DNA of 64,000 nucleotides, taken from sequence record SRR20825006_999. One strand, written 5' to 3'. This document shows positions 9,283 to 19,630 of the stretch, in pieces. Under the pieces are notes generated by a model that was not told where the DNA came from, searched no databases, and was given only the letters and a program-made list of their open reading frames with translations. The position numbers and the translations under genes are program-made. Within the stretch, counting starts at the first letter, position 1, and each line of letters opens with the position of its first letter.

Positions 9283-10176
9283 TCACCGGTGCTGTTCGTA
9301 TTTGTTTGGTGGGAGGATAGCTCCTAATTCGACAAGTTGATTTGCTGGAATTTCTACACTGGTAGATTCTATAATCTCGCTGAGCTGAGGGAGTGTTCTA
9401 ACTCCCGTTATAGCAGATGCAACCGTAGGGTGTTGTAACACATACTGCAACGCACTTGAAACAGCATTCTGTGTGTTTACTGTTACCGCTTTAAGTTGAT
9501 TAATTTCTTCTTCACTGTAACCAAGGGCTGTCTTAGCTTGCTTATTTACTAAAACTCCTTTAGCCAAACTTCCACGTGTTAGCACAGAAACGCTACATCG
9601 ATGTAAGTAATCCAAACATTCTTCTTCTGGTCTGCGATCGAGTAAACTGTACTGCATCAAAACGCTATCCAAGTTGGATTTCTTAACCCATTCTCTAATC
9701 ACATTAGGACGGATTGAGGAGATACCATAAGCACGAATTTTGCCTTGTTGTTTAAGCAATTCAAAAGCTTCAACGATTTCGGGGATGTCATCATCTAAAG
9801 TCCCTCCGTGAAGCTGGTACAGATCTATGTAATCAGTTTGTAAGCGTTTAAGACTTTCTTCAACGGCGTTTAGAATGTGAGTTTTACTAGGATTCCATGT
9901 CCAACCTTTTCCGTCTTCATTCCATTGATTTCCTACTTTAGTAGCAATTATAACTTGGTCCCGAATGGGAGCGAGGGCTTTTCCAACGGTTGTTTCATTT
10001 GCACCTTTATCATACAAATCGGCGGTATCGAATAACGTAATGCCTGCATCAAAAGCGGTTCTTAATAAAGTCTCGTTTTGGGCATGTTGTTCGGGTTGCA
10101 ACGACATACAACCAAATCCAATTTCACTTACTTTGATGGAAGAGTTTCCGAGTTTTCTGTAATTCATACTAGTCAT
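9283..10176 (-). CDS. Aldo/keto reductase
   Basis: 'SEIGFGCMS', 'FDTADLY', 'IATKVG', 'SLKRLQTDYIDLYQLH', 'GKIRAYGIS'. Confidence 0.93.
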   Translation of the reverse strand: MTSMNYRKLGNSSIKVSEIGFGCMSLQPEQHAQNETLLRTAFDAGITLFDTADLYDKGANETTVGKALAPIRDQVIIATKVGNQWNEDGKGWTWNPSKTHILNAVEESLKRLQTDYIDLYQLHGGTLDDDIPEIVEAFELLKQQGKIRAYGISSIRPNVIREWVKKSNLDSVLMQYSLLDRRPEEECLDYLHRCSVSVLTRGSLAKGVLVNKQAKTALGYSEEEINQLKAVTVNTQNAVSSALQYVLQHPTVASAITGVRTLPQLSEIIESTSVEIPANQLVELGAILPPNKYEQHR

Positions 10177-10199
10177 TACTGTTTAAAAGAGAATAAAAT

Positions 10200-11141
10200 C
10201 TAGCCCAATTTTTTAAGCCACGAGAACATTTCTTGGAAAACAACTTCCCTAACTTCTTTTCTAGAAAGTACTAAGTCGTGCATTCCATTTTGAATTTCTA
10301 CCAAAGTAACCTTTGTACCTAATGTTGCTCCATACTTTTTGATATGTTCGACATTGAGAACGGTATCAGTATTAGAGGCTTCTTCAGTATATTTTTTAGT
10401 AATTAAAGATTTATTTGAATGCATTATCAAAATCGGAACTTGAATATCAGATTGAGATTTTAGGGTGTATTGCGCTTTAAGAACGGCATTTGTCCAAGCA
10501 TAGTAAGCAGGGAATCCTTTTATTGGCTTCCAATATTGACTAAAATCCCACTCTCCGAAATCATCTTTATGAATGCTTTGGGAATACACTCTACTCAAGG
10601 CTTCGTTAAGCTTAGCGTATTTATTAAATGCAATTGACAATTTTGAAATAACAGGCAAAAAGAGTCTTTTCAGCTTGGAGATGTTGAACTCTAGAAAAGG
10701 AGAATTAAGAATAAGAGCATCAACCAACTCCCGCTCATCACCTTCATTCATGTACAAACTTGTAGTTAAACCGCCTGTAGAATGTCCAACTAGTGTTATT
10801 TTGTGATTACTGAGCTCAAAAATCTGTTTTAATGAAATAGAAATTTCTGAAAAATACTCAGTGATATCACGACAATAGTTAGGATGCTGATGTGGTAGGA
10901 GAGAGTTTCCGTATTTACGAAGTTCTAGCGCGTAAAAGTCAAAACCTTTATCCAAAAACTTGGCGGCCATATGCGTTTGAAAGAAATAATCTATAAATCC
11001 GTGAACGTAAAGTACACTCTTTCGATTTCCTGTATTTGCATTTGCAGCAATTAAAGTGGCAGTAACTTTTCCTTCGTAATCGTCGGGTAAGTCAATAGTT
11101 TGATAACTAAAATCGGTATCTAAATTCAAAATTAAGGACAA
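10200..11141 (-). CDS. Alpha/beta hydrolase (lysophospholipase/Hydrolase_4-like)
   Basis: 'VLYVHGFIDYFF', nucleophile 'GHSTGG', 'LNSPF', 'DTVL', 'GMHDL'. Confidence 0.85.
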   Translation of the reverse strand: MSLILNLDTDFSYQTIDLPDDYEGKVTATLIAANANTGNRKSVLYVHGFIDYFFQTHMAAKFLDKGFDFYALELRKYGNSLLPHQHPNYCRDITEYFSEISISLKQIFELSNHKITLVGHSTGGLTTSLYMNEGDERELVDALILNSPFLEFNISKLKRLFLPVISKLSIAFNKYAKLNEALSRVYSQSIHKDDFGEWDFSQYWKPIKGFPAYYAWTNAVLKAQYTLKSQSDIQVPILIMHSNKSLITKKYTEEASNTDTVLNVEHIKKYGATLGTKVTLVEIQNGMHDLVLSRKEVREVVFQEMFSWLKKLG

Positions 11142-11211
11142 ATTTGTGAAAGTCTGGTTGTTTTATTGGTAGTCAAACTCAAAGCAAAGTGATTAGGTTC
11201 CAAGTTGGGAG

Positions 11212-12135
11212 TTACTTTTCGGAATTATCATCTAGAGAATGTTCTAAAAGCCAATTGTAAATGTCATCGCCGCCATAAACACGTTTCCATGTGTCGTGGC
11301 CCATATCTTCATGAATAGTAAAGCGGAGATTTGTATTCCCAAGTTCCTCAAGCAAATTCATTCCCTCAAAAAAGTATTGGGCTTCAATCACTTTATCGCG
11401 ACCTCCAGCAAAAGCCCAAATTGGCATATTTACTTCTGCTAAAGGTTCCATCAAGCTTGGATGTCCCCAGCCAACCACAGGATTGATTGCGGCAAAGCGT
11501 TCTGGATGTTTACTTGCCAAATACCAAGTTCCAAATCCGCCGTAGCTCAATCCTGAAAGGTAAACTCTGTTTGAATCTGCATTGTAGTTTTCAAGAACGG
11601 TATCTAACATCCCAATTAAATCGTTTTCAACGCGATTCCAACCATATTCAAAAAGAGCAGGTTCAGCAGGCATTTCTGTTGAGAGAGTGGCTCCGAGCAT
11701 TTCGAAATCTGGACGAGAAGCTACACTGCGAGGTGGTACGCCACCTTCTAAACGTTTTGGAACCATATCTAACGTTCGATTTTCAAAACTTGGAGCGTCA
11801 AGTGTGTCGAGGCCAAACATGTGCAACTGTGGGACAATCATTATAAAAGGGAAGTCTCGTTTTTGAACCCATGCTTCAGAAAGTGGGCCGTGAATCATTA
11901 CGTAATCCAATTCATCTTTGCCATTTCCGCGTTCGCCATTGCCATGCAAAAACATAAGAACAGGCCACTTTTTATCAGGATTAGTATCGTAGCCTTTGGG
12001 CAGATAAAGATAAAAATCTCGTTCTTCTTGGTTTATTTCGCTCACATACGAAACGCGTTCTAGCTTAGCAGAACAATTTAGGGACGAACTCAAGGCCATG
12101 ACAATAATCAGATATTTGAAATTTCTTTTAACCAC
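11212..12135 (-). CDS. Secreted or lipoprotein alpha/beta hydrolase (predicted esterase/peptidase)
   Basis: Signal/lipobox-like 'KRNFKYLIIVMALSSSLNC' (probable GTG start at 12135; ORF extends to 12171), 'FLHGNGERG', 'GLSYGG', 'GGRD', 'GHDTW'. Confidence 0.8.
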   Translation of the reverse strand: MVKRNFKYLIIVMALSSSLNCSAKLERVSYVSEINQEERDFYLYLPKGYDTNPDKKWPVLMFLHGNGERGNGKDELDYVMIHGPLSEAWVQKRDFPFIMIVPQLHMFGLDTLDAPSFENRTLDMVPKRLEGGVPPRSVASRPDFEMLGATLSTEMPAEPALFEYGWNRVENDLIGMLDTVLENYNADSNRVYLSGLSYGGFGTWYLASKHPERFAAINPVVGWGHPSLMEPLAEVNMPIWAFAGGRDKVIEAQYFFEGMNLLEELGNTNLRFTIHEDMGHDTWKRVYGGDDIYNWLLEHSLDDNSEK

Positions 12136-12325
12136 AATATAAGCTCCTTTAAAAGGTGGATATAGATACAAAAAAGAATAGTATTTGAGTAACTAATTTA
12201 TCAAGAATTATTGGAATACTAACCAAGAATATTGAAAAATATATTTTCGAATTAATACAAGCATCTCTATAAAAGGATTAGAATTATGAGTACTATTGTA
12301 TTTCAAAATCTAATGTATATAATGC

Positions 12326-14290
12326 ATGAATATTTCCATCCGAAGATCTGTTTTAGGCGATCTAAATCTTTTGGAATCAATTGAAAAAGCTTCCTTTCCA
12401 TTTTTTCAACAAAGTAGCCGAAGAACTTTAAACCTCAGCTTGAAAAGTAGCTTTCAAGAAGTGTGGTTTGCGGATATTAAAGAAGGCAAAACTACAAAAT
12501 CGGTTGGGTGTTTAGTTCTACATACACACAAGAAAACGCTACGTATTTTTTCAATTGGGATTTTACCTGAGTACCAAGGGTTAGGAATTGGATTTAAACT
12601 GTTAAAACAAGCTGAAGTTATAGCGCTTTCGAAAGGATTTGAAAGAATTTCGCTTGAAGTAGACGCCAATAATAGAACTTTAGTGCAATGGTATTTAAAA
12701 GCAGGATATCATTCTACAGAAATGATTTCCGATTATTACAGCGAAGGCCAAGATGCACTTCGATTGGTCTTTGAGCTTCCATCAGCATTAGACAGTAATA
12801 AGCTCACAAACTTGATTGTAGTCGACCATCCCAAGCAATGGAAACTTGATATAGATAACGTGGTGGTGATGTCATCGGAAGATTACACCGCCAACAAAGG
12901 CAATATTGCAAGTAAAAAAGTACGAGTTTTCAATTTGTGCAATTCGTATCGCTATCAGAGTTTTGGATATTACGTGTCGCTGTTGGCTTCTGCACGCGAC
13001 CAAAGAGCGATACCGAACGTTACCACTATCCGTGATTTAAAGGACGTCAACGTTATACGTTCCATTGCAGATGATTTTGATGAAATGATTCAAAAAACAC
13101 TTGCTAAATGTGTTGTTGATACGCTTGAGCTAAACGTATTTTTTGGACAAACGAAGGAAATTAAATATCGCCAATTGGCACAAAAGATCTATCAAATGTT
13201 CGAAACACCGTTATTTCGAGCTCATTTTGTAAAAACCAGTAAGTGGCAAATCAAGAAAATTCAGCCTTTATCGATTGATGCAATTCTGCCTGAAGATCTG
13301 GACATGATTAAAGCTTTTGCCAAAACGTATTTTGAAACCAAACGCTTTCAGAAAAGTAAGTTTAAGAACTATAATTATTACTTGGCCATTCTCGTAAATC
13401 CTGATGAGAAGAATCCTCCTTCAAATAAAGTGGCACTAAAACGGTTTAAAGAAGCTGCCGAAGCACTAGATGTTTACCCCGAGTTTATCACAAGAGAAGA
13501 TTACAACAAGTTGTACGAATATGATGCGTTGTTCATCCGCGAAACTACTGATGTAAATAACTATACGTATCAGTTTTCAAGAAAAGCGTATGCGGAAGGT
13601 TTGGTGGTAATGGATGATCCGTGGTCCATTTTAAGATGCTCGAATAAGATATTTCTAAATGAACGTCTTAGAAATAACGCAATAAACACGCCTCAAACAT
13701 TGGTGCTTAGCAAAGCTAGCGAAAAAGAAGGTTTGTTGGATGCGTTGAAATACCCAATGATCTTGAAACAACCCGACAGTGCATTTTCGATTGGTGTTAC
13801 AAAAGTGAATAGTTTAGAAGAAATGAAAGCTTCGTTGAAAGAGCTTTTTGTTAAGTCTGATTTGATCATTGCACAAGAATTTCTTCCATCAGAATATGAT
13901 TGGCGAATTGGTGTTCTAGATAATCAACCTTTGTTTGCTTGTAAATATTTTATGGCTAAAGACCACTGGCAAATCTACAATTGGAAGGGCAAGCAACAAC
14001 ATCAATCTGGAGATTCTGCGACTTTAGCTATAGACCAAGTTCCCGTTAAAGTAATGGACACCGCTCTAAAAGCTGCAGCGTTGATGGGAGATGGACTTTA
14101 TGGCGTAGATTTAAAAATGATTGGCGACAAAGTGTACGTCATTGAAGTAAATGATAACCCAAACATTGACGCCGGAATTGAAGATAAAGTTCTGGGTAAG
14201 AAAATCTACGAACGTATAATAAAGTCATTTCTAACGCGGATTGAGATGTCGCGAAATATTGAACGATTTGTGAGTATAGAACCGGATTAA
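12326..14290 (+). CDS. GNAT acetyltransferase fused to RLAN + RimK-like ATP-grasp ligase
   Basis: RimI-like GNAT ('PEYQGLGIG', 'LEV..N', 'DYYSEGQDA'); RLAN-like 'NLCNSYRYQSFGYYVSLLASAR'; ATP-grasp 'DALFIRETT', 'LKQPDSAFSIGV', 'QEFL..DWRIGVL', 'YGVDLK', 'IEVNDNPNID'. Confidence 0.85.
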   Translation: MNISIRRSVLGDLNLLESIEKASFPFFQQSSRRTLNLSLKSSFQEVWFADIKEGKTTKSVGCLVLHTHKKTLRIFSIGILPEYQGLGIGFKLLKQAEVIALSKGFERISLEVDANNRTLVQWYLKAGYHSTEMISDYYSEGQDALRLVFELPSALDSNKLTNLIVVDHPKQWKLDIDNVVVMSSEDYTANKGNIASKKVRVFNLCNSYRYQSFGYYVSLLASARDQRAIPNVTTIRDLKDVNVIRSIADDFDEMIQKTLAKCVVDTLELNVFFGQTKEIKYRQLAQKIYQMFETPLFRAHFVKTSKWQIKKIQPLSIDAILPEDLDMIKAFAKTYFETKRFQKSKFKNYNYYLAILVNPDEKNPPSNKVALKRFKEAAEALDVYPEFITREDYNKLYEYDALFIRETTDVNNYTYQFSRKAYAEGLVVMDDPWSILRCSNKIFLNERLRNNAINTPQTLVLSKASEKEGLLDALKYPMILKQPDSAFSIGVTKVNSLEEMKASLKELFVKSDLIIAQEFLPSEYDWRIGVLDNQPLFACKYFMAKDHWQIYNWKGKQQHQSGDSATLAIDQVPVKVMDTALKAAALMGDGLYGVDLKMIGDKVYVIEVNDNPNIDAGIEDKVLGKKIYERIIKSFLTRIEMSRNIERFVSIEPD

Positions 14291-14313
14291 AAAGCCAGTA
14301 TTGAACTAGTTTA

Positions 14314-14353
14314 TTAGATTGCGTGGAAAATTATTATTAACCACGCTATCTAA
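14314..14353. terminator. Hairpin between convergent genes (possible terminator)
   Basis: TTAGATTGCGTGG / CCACGCTATCTAA: 13-bp inverted repeat with 1 mismatch and a 14-nt loop; weak U-tracts. Confidence 0.45.
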
Positions 14354-14360
14354 CCAGCTT

Positions 14361-15659
14361 TTATATTTTCGCTTCTAGGAAAGTTTTGAATGACTCAAAG
14401 TCTTTGCTCATAGCAATACTTTTCTTATCCAAATTAGTCAACTCAATGTGTGTAGGAATCTGCATCTTTTGAGGAACTTGGGCTTCTACTGTGTCTGCAA
14501 ATTTAACAGGATGAGCCGTCTCTAGAATCACACCCGTTCCAGAGTTCGTTTTCAAATAGTCTTCAAGTCCTAAGTATGCAACTGCGCCATGAGGGTCGAG
14601 TACGTAATCGGTTTCTTCAAAAACACGAGTGATGGTTGCACGAGTTTCATCATCTGAAAATGAGTAGCCTGTGATAGCTTCTTTCATTTGTTTATGGCTA
14701 TTTCCAAAAAGATCTAGCATTCGAACAAAATTACTCGGATCACCAACATCCATCGCGTTAGAAATAGTCGGTACACTTGGCTTTGCAATATATTCACTGG
14801 TTTCTAGATACTTAGGAACGGTATCGTTTGCGTTTGAACATGCCAAAAAGTGAGCAATAGGTAAACCCATTTTCTGAGCTAATAATCCCGCAGAGATATT
14901 TCCATAATTACCACTTGGAACTGAAAATACAGCTTGCTTCTTTTGCTCGTCATTGAGCTGAGCAAAGGCATAAAAGTAGTAGATACTCTGAGGCAAAAGT
15001 CTTGCCATGTTGATGGAATTAGCTGAAGTCAGATTTTTCTCTTTAGATAATTTCTTATCCAGAAAAGCCTGCTTTACTAGCTTCTGACAGTCATCAAAAG
15101 TTCCATCAATTTCCAAAGCGGTGATGTTGCCACCAAGAGTAGTCATTTGTTGCTCTTGGAAATCGCTAATTTTACCTGAAGGGTAGAGGATTACAACATC
15201 GATATTTGGAACGTTGTAGAATCCGTTAGCCACTGCACTTCCTGTATCACCAGAGGTTGCCACAAGAACGGTTAGTTTTTTGTCTTCTGAAGCTGAGAAA
15301 TAACTTAGTGATCTCGCAAGGAATCGAGCACCCACATCTTTAAACGCAAGTGTAGGTCCATGGAACAGTTCCAACGAATACACATCTTTCTTGATTTTTT
15401 TCAAAGGAATTTCAAAAGCGAGTGTTTCATCAATGATTTTTTCCAAATCATCGGTTGGTATTTCATCCTCGGTATATTGTTTAATTACTTCGAGTCCAAT
15501 TTCTGGTAAAGTCATTTCAGAAATACGCTCAAAAAAGCTCTCAGAAAGCTTTGGGATTGATTCTGGCATAAAGAGGCCGTTGTCATCCGGAAGTCCTTTA
15601 AATATGGCTTCTTTAAAGGATACAGGTGTTACTTCACCTTTGGTGCTATAATATTTCAT
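14361..15659 (-). CDS. thrC: Threonine synthase
   Basis: 'LELFHGPTLAFKDVGARF' (PLP Lys), 'ATSGDTG', 'SANSIN', 'VPSGNYGN', 'TAHPVKF'. Confidence 0.96.
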   Translation of the reverse strand: MKYYSTKGEVTPVSFKEAIFKGLPDDNGLFMPESIPKLSESFFERISEMTLPEIGLEVIKQYTEDEIPTDDLEKIIDETLAFEIPLKKIKKDVYSLELFHGPTLAFKDVGARFLARSLSYFSASEDKKLTVLVATSGDTGSAVANGFYNVPNIDVVILYPSGKISDFQEQQMTTLGGNITALEIDGTFDDCQKLVKQAFLDKKLSKEKNLTSANSINMARLLPQSIYYFYAFAQLNDEQKKQAVFSVPSGNYGNISAGLLAQKMGLPIAHFLACSNANDTVPKYLETSEYIAKPSVPTISNAMDVGDPSNFVRMLDLFGNSHKQMKEAITGYSFSDDETRATITRVFEETDYVLDPHGAVAYLGLEDYLKTNSGTGVILETAHPVKFADTVEAQVPQKMQIPTHIELTNLDKKSIAMSKDFESFKTFLEAKI

Positions 15660-16588
15660 CCAATAACCTCAGTTCCTTTTGGATTAATCTTTGAAACATA
15701 AACTAACGCTTCAATTCCTTCATCAGAATATAATTTCTTGAATGCATTGCTGATGTTTTGGGCAGTTTCTTGGTTTTCGCTTAGTGCAAAAATAGACGGA
15801 CCTGAACCAGAAATGCTGCAACCTAAAGCACCAAGATTGAGAGCTTGAGATTTAGAATCGTCAAAGAATGGAATAAGCATGGAACGAACAGGTTCTGCAA
15901 CCACATCTTTGAGCGAACGGCTGATAAGAGAATAGTCACCTTTAGCTAATCCGCTTACAAGTCCGCCAACATTTCCCCATTGGGTGATGGCATCTTTGAG
16001 GCTAATTTGGCGTTTCAGCATTCTACGAGAATCAGAAGTTTTAACTTCAATCTGTGGATGAACCACTGTGCAGTACATTTCTTCAGGATAATCTAACTGA
16101 ATGACATCTAATGGATGGTAATCTCTCACTAAAACGAAACCACCAAGTAAACAAGGAGCCACATTATCCGCATGTGCTTGGCCTGAAATAGCAGCTTCAC
16201 CTTGCATGGCAAAAGGGATGAGCTCGTGTTTTGAAAACGGTCTTCCAAGTAATTCATTCACCGCAAAAACGCCAGCTACAGAACTTGATCCGCTTGAACC
16301 AAGTCCACTTCCAGGCTTTACCTTTTTGGTAAGTTTGAAATCAAATCCAAACGCAGGCTTTTCATCTAACGCATCTATAAGTGCTTGAACAGCTATAGTA
16401 GCTACATTCTTGTCAGCTTCCATTGGTAAACCTTCTGCACCATGAATAGCTGAAATGGTAAGTTTACCACTAGCGTTTTTAGTAGCAATAACTTCATCGC
16501 CAATTTCATTGAGGGCAAAGCCCATTACATCAAAGCCACAAGCTACGTTAGAAACAGTAGCAGGGGCAAATACTTTTATTTTTTCCAT
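15656..16588 (-). CDS. thrB: Homoserine kinase
   Basis: 'APATVSNVACGFDVMG', GHMP motif 'PGSGLGSSG', 'HADNVAP', 'ISGSGPS'. Confidence 0.95.
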   Translation of the reverse strand: MEKIKVFAPATVSNVACGFDVMGFALNEIGDEVIATKNASGKLTISAIHGAEGLPMEADKNVATIAVQALIDALDEKPAFGFDFKLTKKVKPGSGLGSSGSSSVAGVFAVNELLGRPFSKHELIPFAMQGEAAISGQAHADNVAPCLLGGFVLVRDYHPLDVIQLDYPEEMYCTVVHPQIEVKTSDSRRMLKRQISLKDAITQWGNVGGLVSGLAKGDYSLISRSLKDVVAEPVRSMLIPFFDDSKSQALNLGALGCSISGSGPSIFALSENQETAQNISNAFKKLYSDEGIEALVYVSKINPKGTEVIG

Positions 16589-16596
16589 AGTTAATT

Positions 16597-19047
16597 TTAT
16601 GCTGAAGCTATTCTCATTACGTCTGCAAATATTCCCGAAGCGGTTACATCAGCGCCTGCTCCAGCGCCTTTTACTACTAAAGGTTGTTCAGGATACCGAT
16701 CAGTAAAGTACAGAACGATATTGTCTTTGCCTTGAAGTTCGTAGAAAGGATGTTCAAAACTAAACGATTCTAAACCAGCTTTTGCTTTGCCTTGGTCGAA
16801 GGTGGCAACATATTTAATGCGTTTATTTTGCGATGCCGCCTCATTATACATTTTTTGGAATACTTCGTCGAATTCATCTAGTTTTGCTAGAAAGGCATCA
16901 ACGCTGTCGGCTTCCATACATTCTTTAGGTACAAAAGGAGTTCCATCTATATCGGAAAGCTCCATTTTGTATCCACTTTCGCGAGCAAGAATAAGAATTT
17001 TACGCATTACATCAACGCCGCTTAAATCAATTCTTGGATCTGGTTCAGTAAATCCAGCTTCTTGTGCAGCTCGTACAACATCGCTGAATTTTTGCGTTCC
17101 ATCGTAGTTATTGAAGATGAAATTCAAAGTTCCTGATAGAACAGCCTGGATTTTGTGAACTCTATCACCGCTTTTAATCAAATCATTCAACGTATTGATT
17201 ACAGGAAGACCAGCACCAACATTTGTTTCAAAAAGGAAACGAGATTTATAACGTTTTGCTTTTTGGATTAAGTTCTCGTAATTCTCTTGTGAAGAAGAAC
17301 ATGCAATTTTATTTGGTGTTACGATAGAGATGCTTTCCATTAAAATTTGCTCGTAGAAAGGAGGGATGGCATCACTTGCAGTACAATCAATAAAGACTGT
17401 ATTTCTCAAGTTAAGCTCTTTCATCTGTTCAATAAATCCTTCCAAAGTCATGGCTAATTCTGATTTATTGAGTTCATCCTTCCAAGTATCTAATTGAATG
17501 CCTTCTTCATTAAAAAGCATTTTTCGTGAGTTTGAAAGTCCAGCTACAATCAAATCTAAATGATGATGTTTTGCTAAGTACTCTTGTTGAGCCTTTACTT
17601 GATTTAGAAATACCTGACCTACATTCCCAGACCCAACCATAAAAAGATTGATTTTCTTTAAGTCTGATAAGAAAAAGCTTTCGTGAATGCTATTAAGCCC
17701 TTTTTTAAGGTTCTTTTTGTCGATTACAACTGAAATATTCAACTCAGTTGAACCCTGGGCGATGGCGCGAACATTTACACCATTGTAACTAAGCGTTTCA
17801 AACAATTTAGCACTGATTCCAACTTGTCTTTTCATTCTAGAACCAACAAGAGCTACGATAGAAAGATTAGTTTCTACATGAAGTGGATTTACTTTGCGAT
17901 TCTCAATTTCGTAAGAAAACTCTTCCTCAATAGCTTGTTTTGCTCTTTCTGCATCAACTAGCGAAATGGCTACTGTAATGGTGTGCTCTGAAGATGCTTG
18001 AGTAATCATAATTACGTTTACATCGTTTTGGCTCAATGCTCTAAATAAACGATATGAAAAGTTAGGAACGGCAATCATTCCACTTCCTGAAAGAGTACAA
18101 AGAGCTACTTCATCAATACTCGAAATACCTTTTACGATTACTGAGGAATCGATATCCTTGTTTGAAATGGTAGTTCCAGCATCGGTTGGTGCAAAGGTAT
18201 TCTTTACGTAAATCGGAATCTCTTTATCCAACGCAGGCTGAATAGTAGGAGGGTAAATTACTTTTGCCCCAAAATGCGAAAGTTCCATTGCTTCTTCGTA
18301 AGTAATAGTCTCTATTGGGTGAGCTAAAGGCACTAATCGTGGATTAGCGGTCATCATACCACTTACATCTGTCCATATTTCTAAACCGTCAGCCTCAAGT
18401 GCAGATGCAATAAGAGCAGCAGTATAATCCGAACCACCTCTACCCAAAGTAGTAGTGTAATTTCCTTTTTTTGATGAAGCTACAAACCCCGCTGAAATGG
18501 AAACACGAGCCGAACTTTTAGCAGCTTCAGATAGATTCGAGTAAGTAAGTTTTTTGTCTACAGTAGCATTACCAAACTGGTCATCAGTCTTAATTAAAGA
18601 ATGTGTATCAAAATAGGAAACATCAAGACCCTCACTTTTTAAGTAGTTGTGAATAATGGTTGAAGAAAGAATTTCGCCATAACTAAGAATATGATCAGAG
18701 GAGCGAAGAGAGAGTTCTTTAATAAGAAAAACACCTCTAAATACATCTTCTAAATCGTTAAGTAGAATCTTAACCTTTGTTAATGTATCGTTTCTATTTG
18801 CTACCGGTAGTAAGGCATTACAAAGCGCAAGGTGACGGTGTTCAATTTCAGCAAAAATAGACTCATAATCTGAATTACCTGCTTCCGCAGTTTTAGCACA
18901 TTCAATGAGTTTATTTGTTACGCCACCTAATGCAGAAACAACAACAAAAAGTTGTGATGTTTTGGATTTATCAAAAAGGATGTCGCGAACTTTTTTAAGA
19001 CTTTCAGCTGTGGCAACGGATGTGCCCCCGAATTTAAGAACAATCAT
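16597..19047 (-). CDS. thrA: Bifunctional aspartate kinase/homoserine dehydrogenase I
   Basis: 'VLKFGGTSV', 'TTLGRGGSDY', two ACT domains, 'GSGNVG', 'ETNVGAGLP', 'GFTEPDPRIDLSG', 'GAGAGADVTA'. Confidence 0.97.
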   Translation of the reverse strand: MIVLKFGGTSVATAESLKKVRDILFDKSKTSQLFVVVSALGGVTNKLIECAKTAEAGNSDYESIFAEIEHRHLALCNALLPVANRNDTLTKVKILLNDLEDVFRGVFLIKELSLRSSDHILSYGEILSSTIIHNYLKSEGLDVSYFDTHSLIKTDDQFGNATVDKKLTYSNLSEAAKSSARVSISAGFVASSKKGNYTTTLGRGGSDYTAALIASALEADGLEIWTDVSGMMTANPRLVPLAHPIETITYEEAMELSHFGAKVIYPPTIQPALDKEIPIYVKNTFAPTDAGTTISNKDIDSSVIVKGISSIDEVALCTLSGSGMIAVPNFSYRLFRALSQNDVNVIMITQASSEHTITVAISLVDAERAKQAIEEEFSYEIENRKVNPLHVETNLSIVALVGSRMKRQVGISAKLFETLSYNGVNVRAIAQGSTELNISVVIDKKNLKKGLNSIHESFFLSDLKKINLFMVGSGNVGQVFLNQVKAQQEYLAKHHHLDLIVAGLSNSRKMLFNEEGIQLDTWKDELNKSELAMTLEGFIEQMKELNLRNTVFIDCTASDAIPPFYEQILMESISIVTPNKIACSSSQENYENLIQKAKRYKSRFLFETNVGAGLPVINTLNDLIKSGDRVHKIQAVLSGTLNFIFNNYDGTQKFSDVVRAAQEAGFTEPDPRIDLSGVDVMRKILILARESGYKMELSDIDGTPFVPKECMEADSVDAFLAKLDEFDEVFQKMYNEAASQNKRIKYVATFDQGKAKAGLESFSFEHPFYELQGKDNIVLYFTDRYPEQPLVVKGAGAGADVTASGIFADVMRIASA

Positions 19048-19138
19048 TTATAAAGAGAGTGAGTTTGTAAGTTGATGTAAACCTAATATTGGGAAAATCC
19101 CACGTTGTGATATGTTCATAGCTACCCCCTAAGGGGTA
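19048..19138 (-). promoter_or_regulatory. thr attenuation region
   Basis: Leader stop codon lies in the loop of hairpin TACCCC-ttag-GGGGTA; second hairpin TGGGA-ttt-TCCCA; then a C-rich, G-poor tract before thrA. Confidence 0.6.
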
Positions 19139-19224
19139 ATAGTGGTAATTGTAATAATCCCTGTAATGCTCGTAATACGGGCATTTATATAAGAAAGAGC
19201 GATATGTTTTTGGTCTACTTTCAT
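19129..19224 (-). CDS. thrL: thr operon leader peptide (31 aa, Thr/Ile-rich), absent from the ORF track
   Basis: Hand translation MKVDQKHIALSYINARITSITGIITITTITP*; 12 of the last 15 residues are Thr or Ile; ends 81 nt upstream of thrA. Confidence 0.85.
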   Translation of the reverse strand: MKVDQKHIALSYINARITSITGIITITTITP

Positions 19225-19630
19225 CAACAGTATTCTATTCCTTTTAACAAATAAAGTAAACCCCAAAAAGCACTTTTCTTTCAATACCTTAGTATGTAGT
19301 TGATATGCTAACCTTTATGCTTTGTTGGAAGCGTTTTTCTAATTGAATAAATTTATGCTGAAAGAAGAACTGTTGAGAGCAAGAGCAAAATCAGATTGCT
19401 ATGCTCAGTGATAAATCCTTACTAGTAAGGATTAAATTGTAAATCCATTCTAGTATGTAAATGAAAGTATACATTTAATAATAAAAGATTAAAGAAATAT
19501 TTATCATTCATTTTTAAGTTAATTTTAACGTTAACTTTAGTAATTCTATTAATCTTAACGAAAATCATTACTTCATTGCTTGTATTTTTAAATAAAGAAG
19601 GACGTTGGAATTTTCTACAGGCAAACTTGT

